Below, piece after piece: positions 50,301 through 60,401 of a stretch of DNA of 64,000 bases (position 1 is its first letter; every line of letters starts with the position of its first letter). A program made the translations under genes and the position numbers. Source of the stretch: Balanoglossus misakiensis. Its lineage: Eukaryota; Animalia; Hemichordata. Under the pieces are notes generated by a model. That model had not been told where the DNA came from. It made no database searches and saw only the letters and a list, made by a program, of their open reading frames with translations. The stretch covers positions 11,549,309-11,613,308 of the forward strand of contig CM082591.2 of assembly GCA_040954595.2 (NCBI GenBank), read 5' to 3'.

Positions 50301-52455
50301 GGACTGGTGATCAATGTAAACAATGATGATATTAACCCTACTCTGACAAAAATTGATATAAAAAGTACACAGCCGTTATTAAACAAAATTATTGGTGACC
50401 CAAGATGCGAAATAAGTCAAAATCCAGGCTGAAATTTCAGTCGAAGGAATCTGTGAAAGAACAGGCGAGCGCGTTCATTTCAAGTTCCAGAACGAGCTCA
50501 GCGCAAGCAGCGTAGAACGTCACGCGCAAGACAGGCAGTTCGACACTAGCATCACCTGATGCGCGAGGTCAAGGCGCGTTCGATATGCAAATTACATCAT
50601 GGCGGTGTCTGAAAAATAGAAATTCCGATAGCGGCCTATTTATTCTTTATCGTTCATCAAGGACGTCCAGAAAAGGTGTATAATAATAAGGTTATTCACA
50701 AAATACCGGGATTTATGTCCTCGTACATCATACGCTTCGGTATTGTCCTCGACGCTGCGCGTCTCAGACAATACCTGCGCTGCACGATGTACTCGGACAT
50801 AAATCCCGGTATTTTGTGAATAACCTTATAATATCATCATTGTTTACATTGATCACCAGTCCTGTGAGGTCAAAGTCACAATGCGTCCACTAACCCTGGT
50901 GTTATTGGACTCCGCGTCCTCATTTGAATAATTATTGTATGGTGATACCGCGAATTATTGTATTACGGAACTCCATAGGTTACAGCAGTAGGTGTATAAT
51001 AATATAAGGTTATTCACAAAATACCGGGATTTATGTCCAAGTACATCGTACAGCGCAGGTATTGTCCGAGACGCGCAGCGTCGAGGACAATACCGAAGCG
51101 TACGATGTACGAGGACATAAATCCCGGTATTTCGTGAATAACCTTATAGTACGATATAAAAGACAACCCGCACTGAAAACTTGTGAACTAATTGGCATGA
51201 GCAAGCAGACTGTTTCATCAAGAATGGCATAAACAGGGGGGGGATTCCACTCTGGCAAGGGGAGCACTCTAATATCTCTAGCTGGGCAGGTAAATCTTCA
51301 GAGTGTGTGTCGAATGGGCAGGTAAGCAAGCAAACAAAAATCTCAAGGCCTGACTGCATAACTAGACAGCAGACTGCAGACACCCAATTATAATAATTTA
51401 TATCGATGTTGAGGGGCCAAAGTGATGTCCAAAAGAAGCTATGATTATGTAAATTTCATGGAAATTAGCCCTGACTCTGATTTTTCCTAGGGAGTACCAG
51501 CTGTCCTGATATATTGTCCCTGGAAAATATGATTTGTCCCCCTTTTTAACCTGCTGCGGGTCAAAATGTCCCCATGCTTTCAAAAGCTGGCTGAAACACT
51601 GGTAATGTGTGTGAATGTTGTTATAGATTAATATAATAAAACAAATCTGTGAAATAATTATCTTTGTTTACAAATATGTTCACCTTCGTCAGCGATCAAC
51701 CAACCCACCAAGGCTACAATAATTGCAGACTACCCTAACCTGTCAACAAACAAACAATCATGACCATATTTGTAAACATACATATTTTTGTCATACATTT
51801 TTATATTAATCAATCACAACACACTACAAACAAGGAGGAAGAGCTCTCTGTGTTTTACCCAAATCGTCGGAATCACACGTACATTGTACTGCAGCAGTCG
51901 CCTGATTCAACCCGTAAAGGTCACATGAGGTCATCAATTGTTGTCGGTTTTCTGGTTAATATTTCTCTGAAAACACACGTTTTTTCACGGACTTAACGTT
52001 GATATTTTGGCAATTGGTGTGAGTAGTCATGAAAAGTAACGTTTGGAGCATCGCTCGACCCTCATTACTGAGTTGCGATAGGGCGAAATCGTCAACTGAA
52101 ATTTATTACGGTCGATCGTCCATGGCTCCAGTCCAGGTAATATTCGACGTCTGTGTTTCTACCCAAACACTATAAGTCGTGAAAACTATCTGTGATGTCT
52201 AAAAACACACTACAAATTGTAATGTTTCAATACTCACTCTGCCAAATCTGTATATAGGAATAATGATGGTGGACAGTGTGGGGGGCCAGAACCCACGACT
52301 TGCAGAAAACAGTTGCTCGCTCCTTGGCTTCGCATGTTTTCCGCTATTGTTTTAGAGAAACATGACACCGTTCTGGATGTGTAACGAACACTGGTCAAGT
52401 AACGTCTTAACATAGAAAAGGCGACATTGGAGTTGACGACAGAAAAATGTGCCAT
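26341..52455 (-). CDS. ELAC2: RNase Z long form (ELAC2-like), N-terminal half; 11 exons joined by hand, 874 nt
   Basis: Exon phases chain in frame: …CFLQVVGSG…LFLYTDLAD-CRYLINCGEGTQRMMMQHG-MWVSKVENVFLTSLSWNSIGGVV-GLTLTLRDIG…YGPPGL-SVIMSAVKIF…-…VAYLFK-MKDRPGNIIVEKAISLGLPP-GPAYADLKKG…DGKD-ISPTDVLTPTVPGPLFI; all introns GT-AG. Confidence 0.9.
28570..28630 (-). CDS. ELAC2: ELAC2-like exon 10 (GPAYADLKKGFTVKTQDGKD), flexible-arm GP motif
   Basis: gtgtag / gtgagg. Confidence 0.88.
29468..31632. mobile_element. Foldback-type non-autonomous element with ~700-900-bp minisatellite-containing inverted arms (IS3EU-like termini)
   Basis: Ends TACAGTGGCCGATATC / GATATCGGCCACGGTA, flanked by TATTTC on both sides (an 8-bp ATATTTCT reading is also possible); arms hold ~38-40-bp and ~30/60-bp tandem units. 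Confidence 0.85.
31646..31704 (-). CDS. ELAC2: ELAC2-like exon 9 (MKDRPGNIIVEKAISLGLP), start of flexible arm
   Basis: tttcag / gtaagt. Confidence 0.88.
32000..32067 (-). CDS. ELAC2: ELAC2-like exon 8 (SKRRRHS…VCVAYLFK)
   Basis: ttccag / gtttgt. Confidence 0.8.
32902..32997 (-). CDS. ELAC2: ELAC2-like exon 7 (variable linker)
   Basis: poly-T gcag / gtaagt, open and in phase (1-1). Confidence 0.7.
33174..33519. mobile_element. Fully palindromic ~345-bp MITE, TTAA TSD (Kolobok-like AG termini)
   Basis: ttaa AG(T/G)GACAAAGTCTCT…AGAGACTTTGTCCCT ttaa; further copies at 35780-36125 and about 62110-62399. Confidence 0.85.
33524..35168. mobile_element. Non-autonomous Kolobok-like element
   Basis: ttaa AGGCGGAACTC…GAGTACCGCCT ttaa. 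Confidence 0.75.
35780..36125. mobile_element. Palindromic TTAA MITE, copy 2
   Basis: Same sequence family as 33174-33519, TTAA on both sides. Confidence 0.85.
36361..37808 (+). mobile_element. Complete single HINE-like element, same subfamily as the outermost unit of the 2.4-14.1 kb stack
   Basis: Cap GGGGGCACAAGC…GCTTGTGCCCCC, (TTA/TTC)n, body is the reverse complement of 2401-3612 with a ~135-bp internal duplication, end GCTGCTTGCAGCTTTAATT. Confidence 0.85.
37871..37939 (-). CDS. ELAC2: ELAC2-like exon 6 (VCKSYEDLALNDDVMSVRAVPIQ)
   Basis: taacag / gtgagt. Confidence 0.85.
38411..38465 (-). CDS. ELAC2: ELAC2-like exon 5 (SVIMSAVKIFAQLDGIDI)
   Basis: ttccag / gtgagt. Confidence 0.85.
38495..38583. 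mobile_element. About 90-bp piggyBac-like mini-MITE
   Basis: CCTTTCACC…GGTGAAAGGGTTA ends; homologous copy at about 63131-63213. Confidence 0.55.
40231..40298 (-). CDS. ELAC2: ELAC2-like exon 4 (GLTLTLRDIG…YGPPGL)
   Basis: tgacag / gtatgt. Confidence 0.9.
40833..40876 (-). ncRNA. Minimal type I hammerhead ribozyme in Penelope pLTR
   Basis: acc CTGAAGA a GGCAGT-ctgttg-ACTGCC GAAAC GTT ggt. Confidence 0.75.
41212..42420 (-). pseudogene. Penelope GIY-YIG endonuclease (C-terminal fragment), interrupted by a TTAA element
   Basis: CGKCNQCPFI…CSTRNLIYIITCQKCLKQYIGET…RRLYEH…PVSEH; after removing 41367-41962 it continues VNQPGH…RRQKELFFITEFGTLSPNGIN…*. Confidence 0.9.
41367..41958. mobile_element. 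Kolobok-like MITE
   Basis: ttaa AGCC(T/C)CAGTATTTCTCGT TIR; removal restores the Penelope reading frame. Confidence 0.85.
42602..42645 (+). ncRNA. Second hammerhead copy (GAAAC mutated to GAAAT)
   Basis: CTGAAGA at 42608-42614, stem II GGCAGT/ACTGCC, GAAA at 42634-42637. Confidence 0.65.
43354..43424 (-). CDS. ELAC2: ELAC2-like exon 3 (MWVSKVENVFLTSLSWNSIGGVV)
   Basis: ttgcag / gtatgt, pseudo-His-motif region. Confidence 0.9.
43986..44530. mobile_element. Cluster of HINE-like terminal fragments
   Basis: 3'-end motif aattaaagctgtgagcagc at about 43987; hairpin caps at about 44305-44338 and 44437-44470. Confidence 0.55.
44540..44910. repeat. 21-bp minisatellite (about 17 units)
   Basis: Repeating gcagcgtataatgatgta(t/c)g(a/c/g). 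Confidence 0.92.
45267..45323 (-). CDS. ELAC2: ELAC2-like exon 2 (CRYLINCGEGTQRMMMQH)
   Basis: ttctag acceptor, gtaagt donor, NCGEG motif. Confidence 0.92.
45529..48124 (+). mobile_element. Diverged HINE-like element interrupted by further insertions
   Basis: Cap at 45531-45564; matching 3' end gcttgggccccttcaatgctgcttgcagatttaatt at about 48089-48124. Confidence 0.55.
46335..46716. mobile_element. hAT5-like MITE, copy 2
   Basis: CAGAGG termini, TSD AAAAT; 64 bp longer than the copy at 25526. Confidence 0.85.
48192..49053. mobile_element. MuDR/Mutator-like MITE
   Basis: About 113-bp TIRs starting GGGTA(C/A)GCC with 7-bp subrepeats; 9-bp TSD ATAAATGTT. Confidence 0.85.
49685..50113. mobile_element. 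Near-palindromic MITE with CACAG termini
   Basis: CACAGCCCTGCAAGGCGCCATAGA… / …TCTATGGCGCCTTGCAGGGCTGTG; no clear TSD. Confidence 0.75.
50116..51147. repeat. Cluster of palindromes with a duplicated, inverted ~175-bp segment (possibly Crypton-derived)
   Basis: Two ~143-bp palindromes (50686-50829, 51005-51147); segment 50161-50335 recurs inverted at about 50829-51004. Confidence 0.75.
52238..52455 (-). CDS. ELAC2: ELAC2-like exon 1 (MAHFSVV…LYTDLA)
   Basis: ATG at 52455, LQVVGSG motif, donor GA|gtgagt. Confidence 0.85.
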
Positions 52456-53522
52456 TAAATCAAACTGGCAGATTCGAGTTTCCAGCCTGCATGTCACATG
52501 TGTTTACAACGATCGAAGACGTTGTATGGGTCAAAGGCAATGGGGTCCAAGGTCAGCAACAGCGCCCTCTTGGGGTATATTCTGCGAAGCTACTGAAAGT
52601 TCCCGATCCTCAACACTGCATGCGCACTCGGCCACTGCATATCAATCATATTTATGGTAACTTGGAAAATTGGGAAGTTGAGTGATGATTTCTCGAAATA
52701 CAAAATTAAGACAGCCTCCCTTAACCAAGTGAAACAAATGGCAAAAGCTAGAAGAGATATATTTTTGAGCTTGTATGAAACTTATCTTCTTAGGAGTGAG
52801 GTAGCGTCAGGTCGCGGCTTCTGATCCATCCAATGCGATTAGAGATGACATTGAAGGTATAGGTCTAACATGTATTATGATCTTATTCTATCAGCAAATC
52901 CTGTCATCTTAGACATGTAATACGGCTACGATGATAGGAGGAATGTGCATCACGTTATCTGGCTGTACGGTCCGTGGCCAATCGGCCAAGTGAAATCCTA
53001 ATATTTCTGGAATATTGGACGAATTCGTTTTTTGTCGTGTTTTCATCTTTTGGTACATGTATTACAATAAATTCTGAAATTGAGTTTTTGTTCTCATTAT
53101 TCAAAATTGGTGACGATTTACGAATTTGGATCTGTGGTCGTGATTTCAAATTTCAAAATTCGATTTTTGAAAATTCAGAAACCAAAATCGAAAAAACAGA
53201 AACGAACTACGTGAAATTTTAACTGAATGCTAGGGAGCCCCTCGATTAATTGTCACATTTGTTCATCTAAAGTGTAGTGAAGATCCTAAGATCATGTCAA
53301 TAAATTGCCACATTTCGGCATTTACAGTATGATTCCCAGCTCCGTTAGTAATTCATCAATGTCCACTTGCATGTCACCCTGTAATCCCATTGGTTTAAAC
53401 TTTTTCAGGGAAATTGATGAAAAAACTTCTGCCGATTTTTTGGAGTTCCATATTCCTACACAGATATTACTAGTAAAACGGCTGCAGATTTCTCCTAAAA
53501 GTCGAGACGTCCTGGAATAATA

Positions 53523-53991
53523 TTGGCTTTTCAGAGACGCGGTCAAGAGGTCTCTCCAAGTCCGTTTCGTTCAACCATGGTTCAACCAATGAGAGCGCTG
53601 AAGTGGCGTTCGATTTAGGGGAAGCTAACTGATTCGTCAATGGCGTTCCACTGGAAGTATCACCATAGTTACCTACTTACTTCACAATTTCATTTTTATA
53701 GATCGATCACCAAAAATTGAGATAATCCGAATTATTTTACACGTAATCATAATTTACGCGTACAAGTATCATTTGTTGTTCTGAACGTCTGTTCTACACG
53801 TATGCCACGTCACGTGACAAGGACGTTACGCGTACTGATCGAACGTGCACGCGATCCATGCACGCGATGGAACTTCTGTCTGGCATATTAGCCAATCACA
53901 TGAAGCAACATCTTGCATGGTACTAGCCAATCAGAGCGCGAGCTCAAACGGATTTGGAGAGACGTCTTGCACCGCGTCTCTGAAAAGCCAA
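53523..53991. mobile_element. MITE between the two host genes
   Basis: TIR TTGGCTTTTCAGAGACGCGGT(G)CAAGA(G/C)GTCTCTCCAA. Confidence 0.75.
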
Positions 53992-56555
53992 AGGTCATTG
54001 AGGGCGCCCTCTTGAGAGGCTAGGTTAAATCGACGCCATTTTGGAACTCGTTAACTGAGAAAACACGAGGTCATATGCCTTTCAACAAATAATTTTCTCC
54101 TCTTAACCAGTACACGACCAGTTGTTTGCCAGAGAAGGTATAGTACAGCTAATGTCAAAGTTTTATCATGCCAAAGATTGTAGTGCATTATGAACACGAA
54201 CATCAAGTTATGCAGCGTTCTAAAATGGTTTGAAGGTGATGCTGAATGGTTTCATGCCCTCATCATGGCTTTGCGTTCAGGAATTTTCACTCGAAAATGG
54301 CCTATCATAATCAATCAATTATCATTCAGTCAAACATAATTTATAATGCGCCAGAATCAAAGAAAAAATATCTCTTCAATGGCGCTTAATAGAAATGGTC
54401 CGCACTGTAAGCTAGTTTGAAAAGTTAGATTTTCGGTTTGTTTTTGAATGTGAACCTTCCAGACTTGGTGACGGATTCCTTTGACTAGACAAAGAACGTC
54501 GCCAAATCGGACTTGATAACACCGTATATTTTCATCTTGTAAGTTGCCCTTTCTGCCATAAAATTATGGTCTTGTAAATTTTAATTGGTACCCTATTTCG
54601 TGAGGATAATAAATTACGTTGTCCGAGTTGTCGGACAAGGTATTTGATTTTCACATGGACACGAAACAGCGAGGGTTGTGAATATTGGAGGCTGAAGCGA
54701 CTCGATCCGAAAAAGGGTTAAGTGCCGAAACTCGCAACCATTTTAACCATGCAGGAAAAAAATTTCCAATGTACTCCAAAGTGTCTTGGAAATTAATGAA
54801 TCCACTTATGCTGTCATTAAATGCTGATGATCCGTCGTGTATCGTGGCCCCTACACGTCAATTTTAATTTATTATTTTGAAAGTTAAACTTTAATTTTTG
54901 ATAGACAATATCTTTTCCCAAAAAGTAAACTTTAATTCTGGTGGCGGCAACTAATTTTGATGGATAAAACTTTTTGATTTTGACAGTAAAACTTTAATTT
55001 TACTTAATTTTATTTTAGAGAACCAAATTTTATTTTCAGAAAGCAAATTTTATTTTTTCCAAGAATAATATTTTAATAAAGATTTATTTTGTCCAAAATA
55101 AACAATAACAACTTGAGATAAACTTATTCATACTAAGTTTTTAATTTTTAAAGAAAAAGTTTATTTTGTAAAATAACAAATTATTTTTCCCAGGTGAAAA
55201 TGTTTATTTTACGGAGTTTTAATTTACATTTAAATAACCTTTAAACACTCGAGATAAAATTATCTGTACTCGGATTTGTCTGCCCGGGCCGTAGTAGATA
55301 CAATTTGTAAACATTGCACTGTGGATAGATAGCCATCTCATCTGTTTTTTGGATTTATGTACTCCTGTAACGTCGTCATGTATGGGAATTGTGGGATAGC
55401 TTCATTTCCTCCGCGAAGAAAGAAGTATTTTGCTTTCTGAAAAAATATTTTGTCATGCATGTGAAAGAAATTCGCACGCCGAAACGTGAATTGCGCCCCC
55501 ATAAAAAAAGTTTGTCAGTAGCAATAGAAAGAACGCGCCCATAAGTTGTGTTACTAGAAATCAGATTAAAATATATTTACATTGAAGTAAATATATTTAC
55601 ATCAGTAACTTTCAGTGAGGTGTCCATGCATCAGGTTAGTACTCTTATTGAACGGGCAGCTCCAAAATCATGCGATCTGGATATTCTCCCGACAATCTAT
55701 ATCAAGAAATTCGCCTATGTTCTTGCACCGTTCATTACGCAGCTCTTTAATGCATCACACTATCATCTGGCGTCGTTCCCAGTCATTTTAAATCTGCGAT
55801 CATTCGGCCATTGCTGAAAAACCCGGACCTTGATCCAAACAGTCTGAAGAACTACCGACCTGTGTCAAATCTGCCATTTCTATCGAAATTACTTGAACGG
55901 GTTGTTGCCTCGCAATTGAACATTCACCTGGCTAATCATTCACTGTTTTTAACCAAGTTCCAAAGTGCGTATCGCGCTCACCACAGCACAGAGACTGCCC
56001 TTCTGCGTGTGCATAATGACATCATGCTCACTCTCAACGAAAAGAAAGATGTTCTCCTTGTCATGTTGGACTTGTCTGCTGCCTTCGATACGGTGGACCA
56101 TGATATACTCCTTCACAGACTTCAATTCCGTTTTGGCATCACTGGTAAAGCTTTATCATGGTTCAGATCCTATCTCAGCAATCGTAATCAGCGTGTAAAG
56201 ATCGGTTCATTTACATCATCCAGTTCAAATATGACATATGGCGGCCCCCAAGGTTCTGTTTTGGGACCGATTCTCTTCACACTGTATACAGCGCCTCTTG
56301 AAGACATCATTGTCAAGCATGACTTCAACTACATGTTGTATGCCGATGACTCGCAGATTTATGTTGTGTGCAAGAGACCTGATGAAGTTCAAGTTCCTCT
56401 TGAGATATGCGTACACGAAATTCGCAGGTGGATGAGATCCAATACATTGTATGTTGATTCTTAATGACAATAAGACAGATGTGATTCAGTTTTCGTCATG
56501 TCTGAGATCAGATGCGGTGAAAATTTCCAGCCTTAGGATAGGCGAGTTTGATATA

Positions 56556-58489
56556 CACTCTGCCCGATCCCTATATATGGAAGTGCTCATTAATATTTAA
56601 TAATGAAAGCGCCCTCGAGGTCAGACAAGTTTTTGACCAATCAGAAAGCAGCTATTACGCTCGTAGTGTACAAGTACTTTGTCTTTTTATATACCCCATG
56701 TTTCTCACTCTGTAAAACGAAATTCTCTCGGGTAAAGAACTTGCCCGCTGGCATATCGATTCTTTGACCCCAAAGCAACAAGTTTACCATTGCGATTGGA
56801 TTTTCACCGTTGCTTTGAGGTTTGAGGCCGTCGTGAATCACGGCGTGGCCATGGGTCCAGCCAAGCACGAAGACATTTCTCCAGGAATCACATCAGGTAG
56901 TGGGGACTTTTGGACTTTTGGCGTCAACTTTGTTAGTCATTGTGGTGATAGGCGTCGGACATCGGAACATGGGTGGACGATATACACACAAGTGCGCCAA
57001 TCCGTACCATGAAGCATGGACAGGGCATCTGCGCTTACTGCACAGATATGTTTTTGGAAGGAAGGAATACGCCCCTAGACCAGTATCCGGTCGGTACTAT
57101 TACCCGGTCACTTCGCGGAAAAGACGCGATATAGTGATAGTCGCGATATCTACGCGATATTCAAGAGTCGAGGTATTTGATGGGTATACTCATTAGTAAT
57201 CGGTAGAAGTTTCGACGTCGTACGGGTTGAACTTCAGCGGAATCGCCCGAAAACAAGAGATGCGCACAATCGATCATTTCCTTCATACTACGCATTTTAC
57301 GGTAGCTACGCAAGAGCCGCACTTTAAGTTTAAAAGTCGGCCTGTCGTCAATATTTTTGAGCTTTTCCACCAAAATTGCTGTTCTAGTACTTGTCGAGTC
57401 ATCATGAACAAGTTCATGTATGAGATTTCAAAATTGGCGCAAACATTTACGCGCCTTTCGCGTACATCGGGAGGAATGCTTTAGACCGGTAAGCCGGTCA
57501 TGTGGACTTGTCATAGAAAAGACGTGCACTGTGGGCTAGTAAGTCCCGACTTCCCGGTCGAATGGGGGTCGACTTCGTAGCTTTTTTCTTTGAATGAAAG
57601 TCCGTATATTCATGATTCTACTGATAAGGGGCCAAATACTTTACGAGAATATGCATTCTATTTGAATATAACTGTGTTTGTGCAACTGATGCAACGTGAC
57701 CGGAGTACTGGTCCAAGTGACCGCATACAGGTCTAGCGACACCGATCGTTTGGGAATCTTTTTTACCTTGACCTTTGTCAACTTGACCCGGATTTGTATT
57801 TTTTTTTCTATTGTCAGTCCTCCAGTGCTAAAAATACATGGTTGTTGTAGTATCGGAGTTGCCGATGAAGCGCGAGTATCGTTTTTAATAAAAGTGACCG
57901 GATACTGGTCTAGGGGGTGTAGTCATTAAGCCATGCAAACCAGGTACTGATCGATCAAGTGTCAATGATGTCGACATCACACTGAATAAACCCAATTGAC
58001 GAACTATATAAACCAATGTAAAATATCGACGAGAATTTTATGAAGTACAAGCTTTTCCGTGTCTCCTCCGTTGTACATGCGTTCATCTTGTATACATCGA
58101 TCGTACACAGTTTTACTTCATGTCAATGACGTTGATCTAGACTACTACATGTGTATCGACACAGAAGGTCGGGTGCCGCTCCGTGCATGAAAACTTCGCT
58201 TGTTATTGACAGCTAACATTTTAAAATTGCCAATGAGGGCTTGATCAAAGACAATAAGATGACAATGAAAACCGCTTTCCTGAATATCAGCAATCAGATC
58301 AGAAAGACTGAGCAGAAACAGTGCACAAACACATGAAAACGTCGCGCGGCACTTGCAGTTGACTTCAGGTCATCTGACTACTAATTAATATGCGCACGCA
58401 TCTGATTGGTCACTTCAGTAAACTTTCAGCACCTTTGACCCTATATGAATATTAATGAGCACTTCCATATATAGGGATCGGGCAGAGTG
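56556..58489. mobile_element. Non-autonomous Transib-like DNA transposon
   Basis: Perfect ~42-bp TIR CACTCTGCCCGATCCCTATATATGGAAGTGCTCATTAATATT; 5-bp TSD ATATA whose removal restores the LINE frame (EFDIAPSTSVRNLG). Confidence 0.75.
57070..57919. mobile_element. TA-flanked TIR element nested in the Transib-like element
   Basis: ta C(G/A)CCCCTAGACCAGTATCCGGTC … GACCGGATACTGGTCTAGGGGGTG ta. Confidence 0.65.
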
Positions 58490-59942
58490 ATATAGCCCCG
58501 TCGACTTCAGTTCGCAATCTTGGTGTTAAGCTCAACAACGACGGTTCCGCTTCTGATCATATTAGTCATGTCTGCAGGAAAGGTTTCTACGCACTATCTA
58601 GAATTGGCAAGATCCGCCCATTATTGGACAAACATACAACGGAAAAGATGGTCCATGCATTCATTACAAATGTACGTCTCAGCTTATTGTAATAGTCTCC
58701 TGTATGGTATTAATATAGCTCAGCTGGATCGCCTACAATCACTTCAAAATGCTGTGGCTCGTCTCGTGTCCCGGACTCGGAAGTTCGATCACATCACACC
58801 TGTTCTCATTGATCTGCACTGGCTGCCGGTTGATGCTCGCATCAAATTCAAAATTTTGTTAACTACCTATAAAATCATTCATCGCTTTGCACCACTTTAT
58901 TTAATCGATTTGCTTGAAATTTACACCCCTGTCAGAGATCTCAGATCAGCTGACTCTTTGCGGTTGGTGCCACCTCGTGGAAACTTTAATAAGGCATATG
59001 GGCAGAGAGCATTCTCTGTTTGTGCACCTGCTCTGTGGAATTCGCTGCCGCCTGTGATTCGCAACGCCAAATCTGTTGACTGTTTTAAACGCCGTTTAAA
59101 AACTCATCTTTTCAATCATATTTGTGATCGAATTTTTTAGGATCATCTTCTGTATGGTTTTTTAGACGGACTTTTAATTGGGAATTTTAACTGAGACTTT
59201 TTAATTTTTCTGCTGCTTTTATGATTCTTTTATCACCGTCTTTTGTAACTCGCACTGAGACGTATGTGTAGTGCGTGTAAGAAATAAATATTATTATTAT
59301 TAAATGAATATTATTATTATTATTAAAATAAAATTTTCACCAGCTAAAAATAATGTGTTACTTAGAAAAAGTCTTAAAAAATAAATATTTCTTTCCGAAA
59401 ATAAAATAATTCTTTGTAGTATATAGATAATTTTATCTCAAGTGTTAGAAGTTTATTTTGGAAAAAAATCTTAAAATTTTAGTCTCGGAAAAAATAAAAT
59501 TGGCTTTCGGAAATTAAACTTTTGTTCTCTAAAATAAGAGTTGTGTAAAGTATAATTAAAGGTTTACTGTCACAATTAAAAGGTTTACTCCACCGAAATT
59601 GAAATTGTGTGCGTCAAAATTATAGTTGCCTTCACCAAAACTTAAGTTTACTTTTGGGAAAAGATGTTGTCTATAATTTTGAAAGTTTAACTTTCAAAAT
59701 AATATTTTAGAATTGACATGAAGGGGCTACCGTAGTCGTGGGAGTTTTGACAAATAATACTGTGCAAACAATCCAAAAATATTGTGTGGCTTCTGAAGAC
59801 ATGAAACTTGATCTCCCCAGCTCAGTCAGTGGTACTGGATTAATATGATGATCTTTGCTTCATGTACATCACCGTGATTTCTGAAACAAATCATAAATTT
59901 ACTGAATTGTTACAGCCAATAAGTGAAGATGCATAATTCCTA

Positions 59943-60401
59943 CAGTTCAGCTTAGGAATAGCTTTCCAATTTGCTAACAACTTGCTGACACGGTGTTGAT
60001 AATGAGTCAACACAGTGTTAGCCTGTGTGTTCCAAGTGTTACAAAGGTGTGAATCTGCTGGCCCTGGCACTTGGCATTGTTCAGTGTTAGCATGTGCTAC
60101 AAAGGTGTTAAACCTTGGCGCACCCTATTGTTTTTTGGCACACAGTGTTAGCCTGTGTGTTCCAAGTGTTACAAAGGTGTGGATCTGTTGGCCCTGGCAC
60201 TTGGCATTGTTCAGTGTTAGCATGTGCTACAAAGGTGTTAAACCTTGGCGCACCCTATTGTTTTGGCACACCCCAGTTAAACACAAGCCCAATAGGTGCT
60301 AATTAGAGCACCAATAGGGTGCTCACCCAGAGTTGACCCAGTGTTTAAACAGAGTTGACCCAGTGTTGGTGCAGTTGGAAAGCTATTCCTAAGCTGCACT
60401 G
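59943..60401. mobile_element. TA-flanked MITE (Tc1/mariner-type ends) with internal ~130-bp tandem duplication
   Basis: ta CAGT(T/G)CAGCTTAGGAATAGCTTTCCAA TIR. Confidence 0.75.

Larger units (their letters stand above)
55600..59302 (+). mobile_element. 5'-truncated L2/CR1-group LINE (RT pseudogene) split by a DNA transposon
   Basis: NYRPVSNLPFLSKLLERVV, LDLSAAFDTVDH, PQGSVLGP, YADD, VRNLGV, HITPVLIDLHWLPV, FKRRLKTHLF; 3' stem-loop followed by (TTA)n tail. Confidence 0.92.
54840..59734. mobile_element. Non-autonomous element with long AT-rich TIRs (IS3EU-like), hosting nested insertions
   Basis: Ends TATCGTGGCCCC / GGGGCTACCGTA, 6-bp TSD GTCGTG, about 400-bp degenerate inverted arms. Confidence 0.7.
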
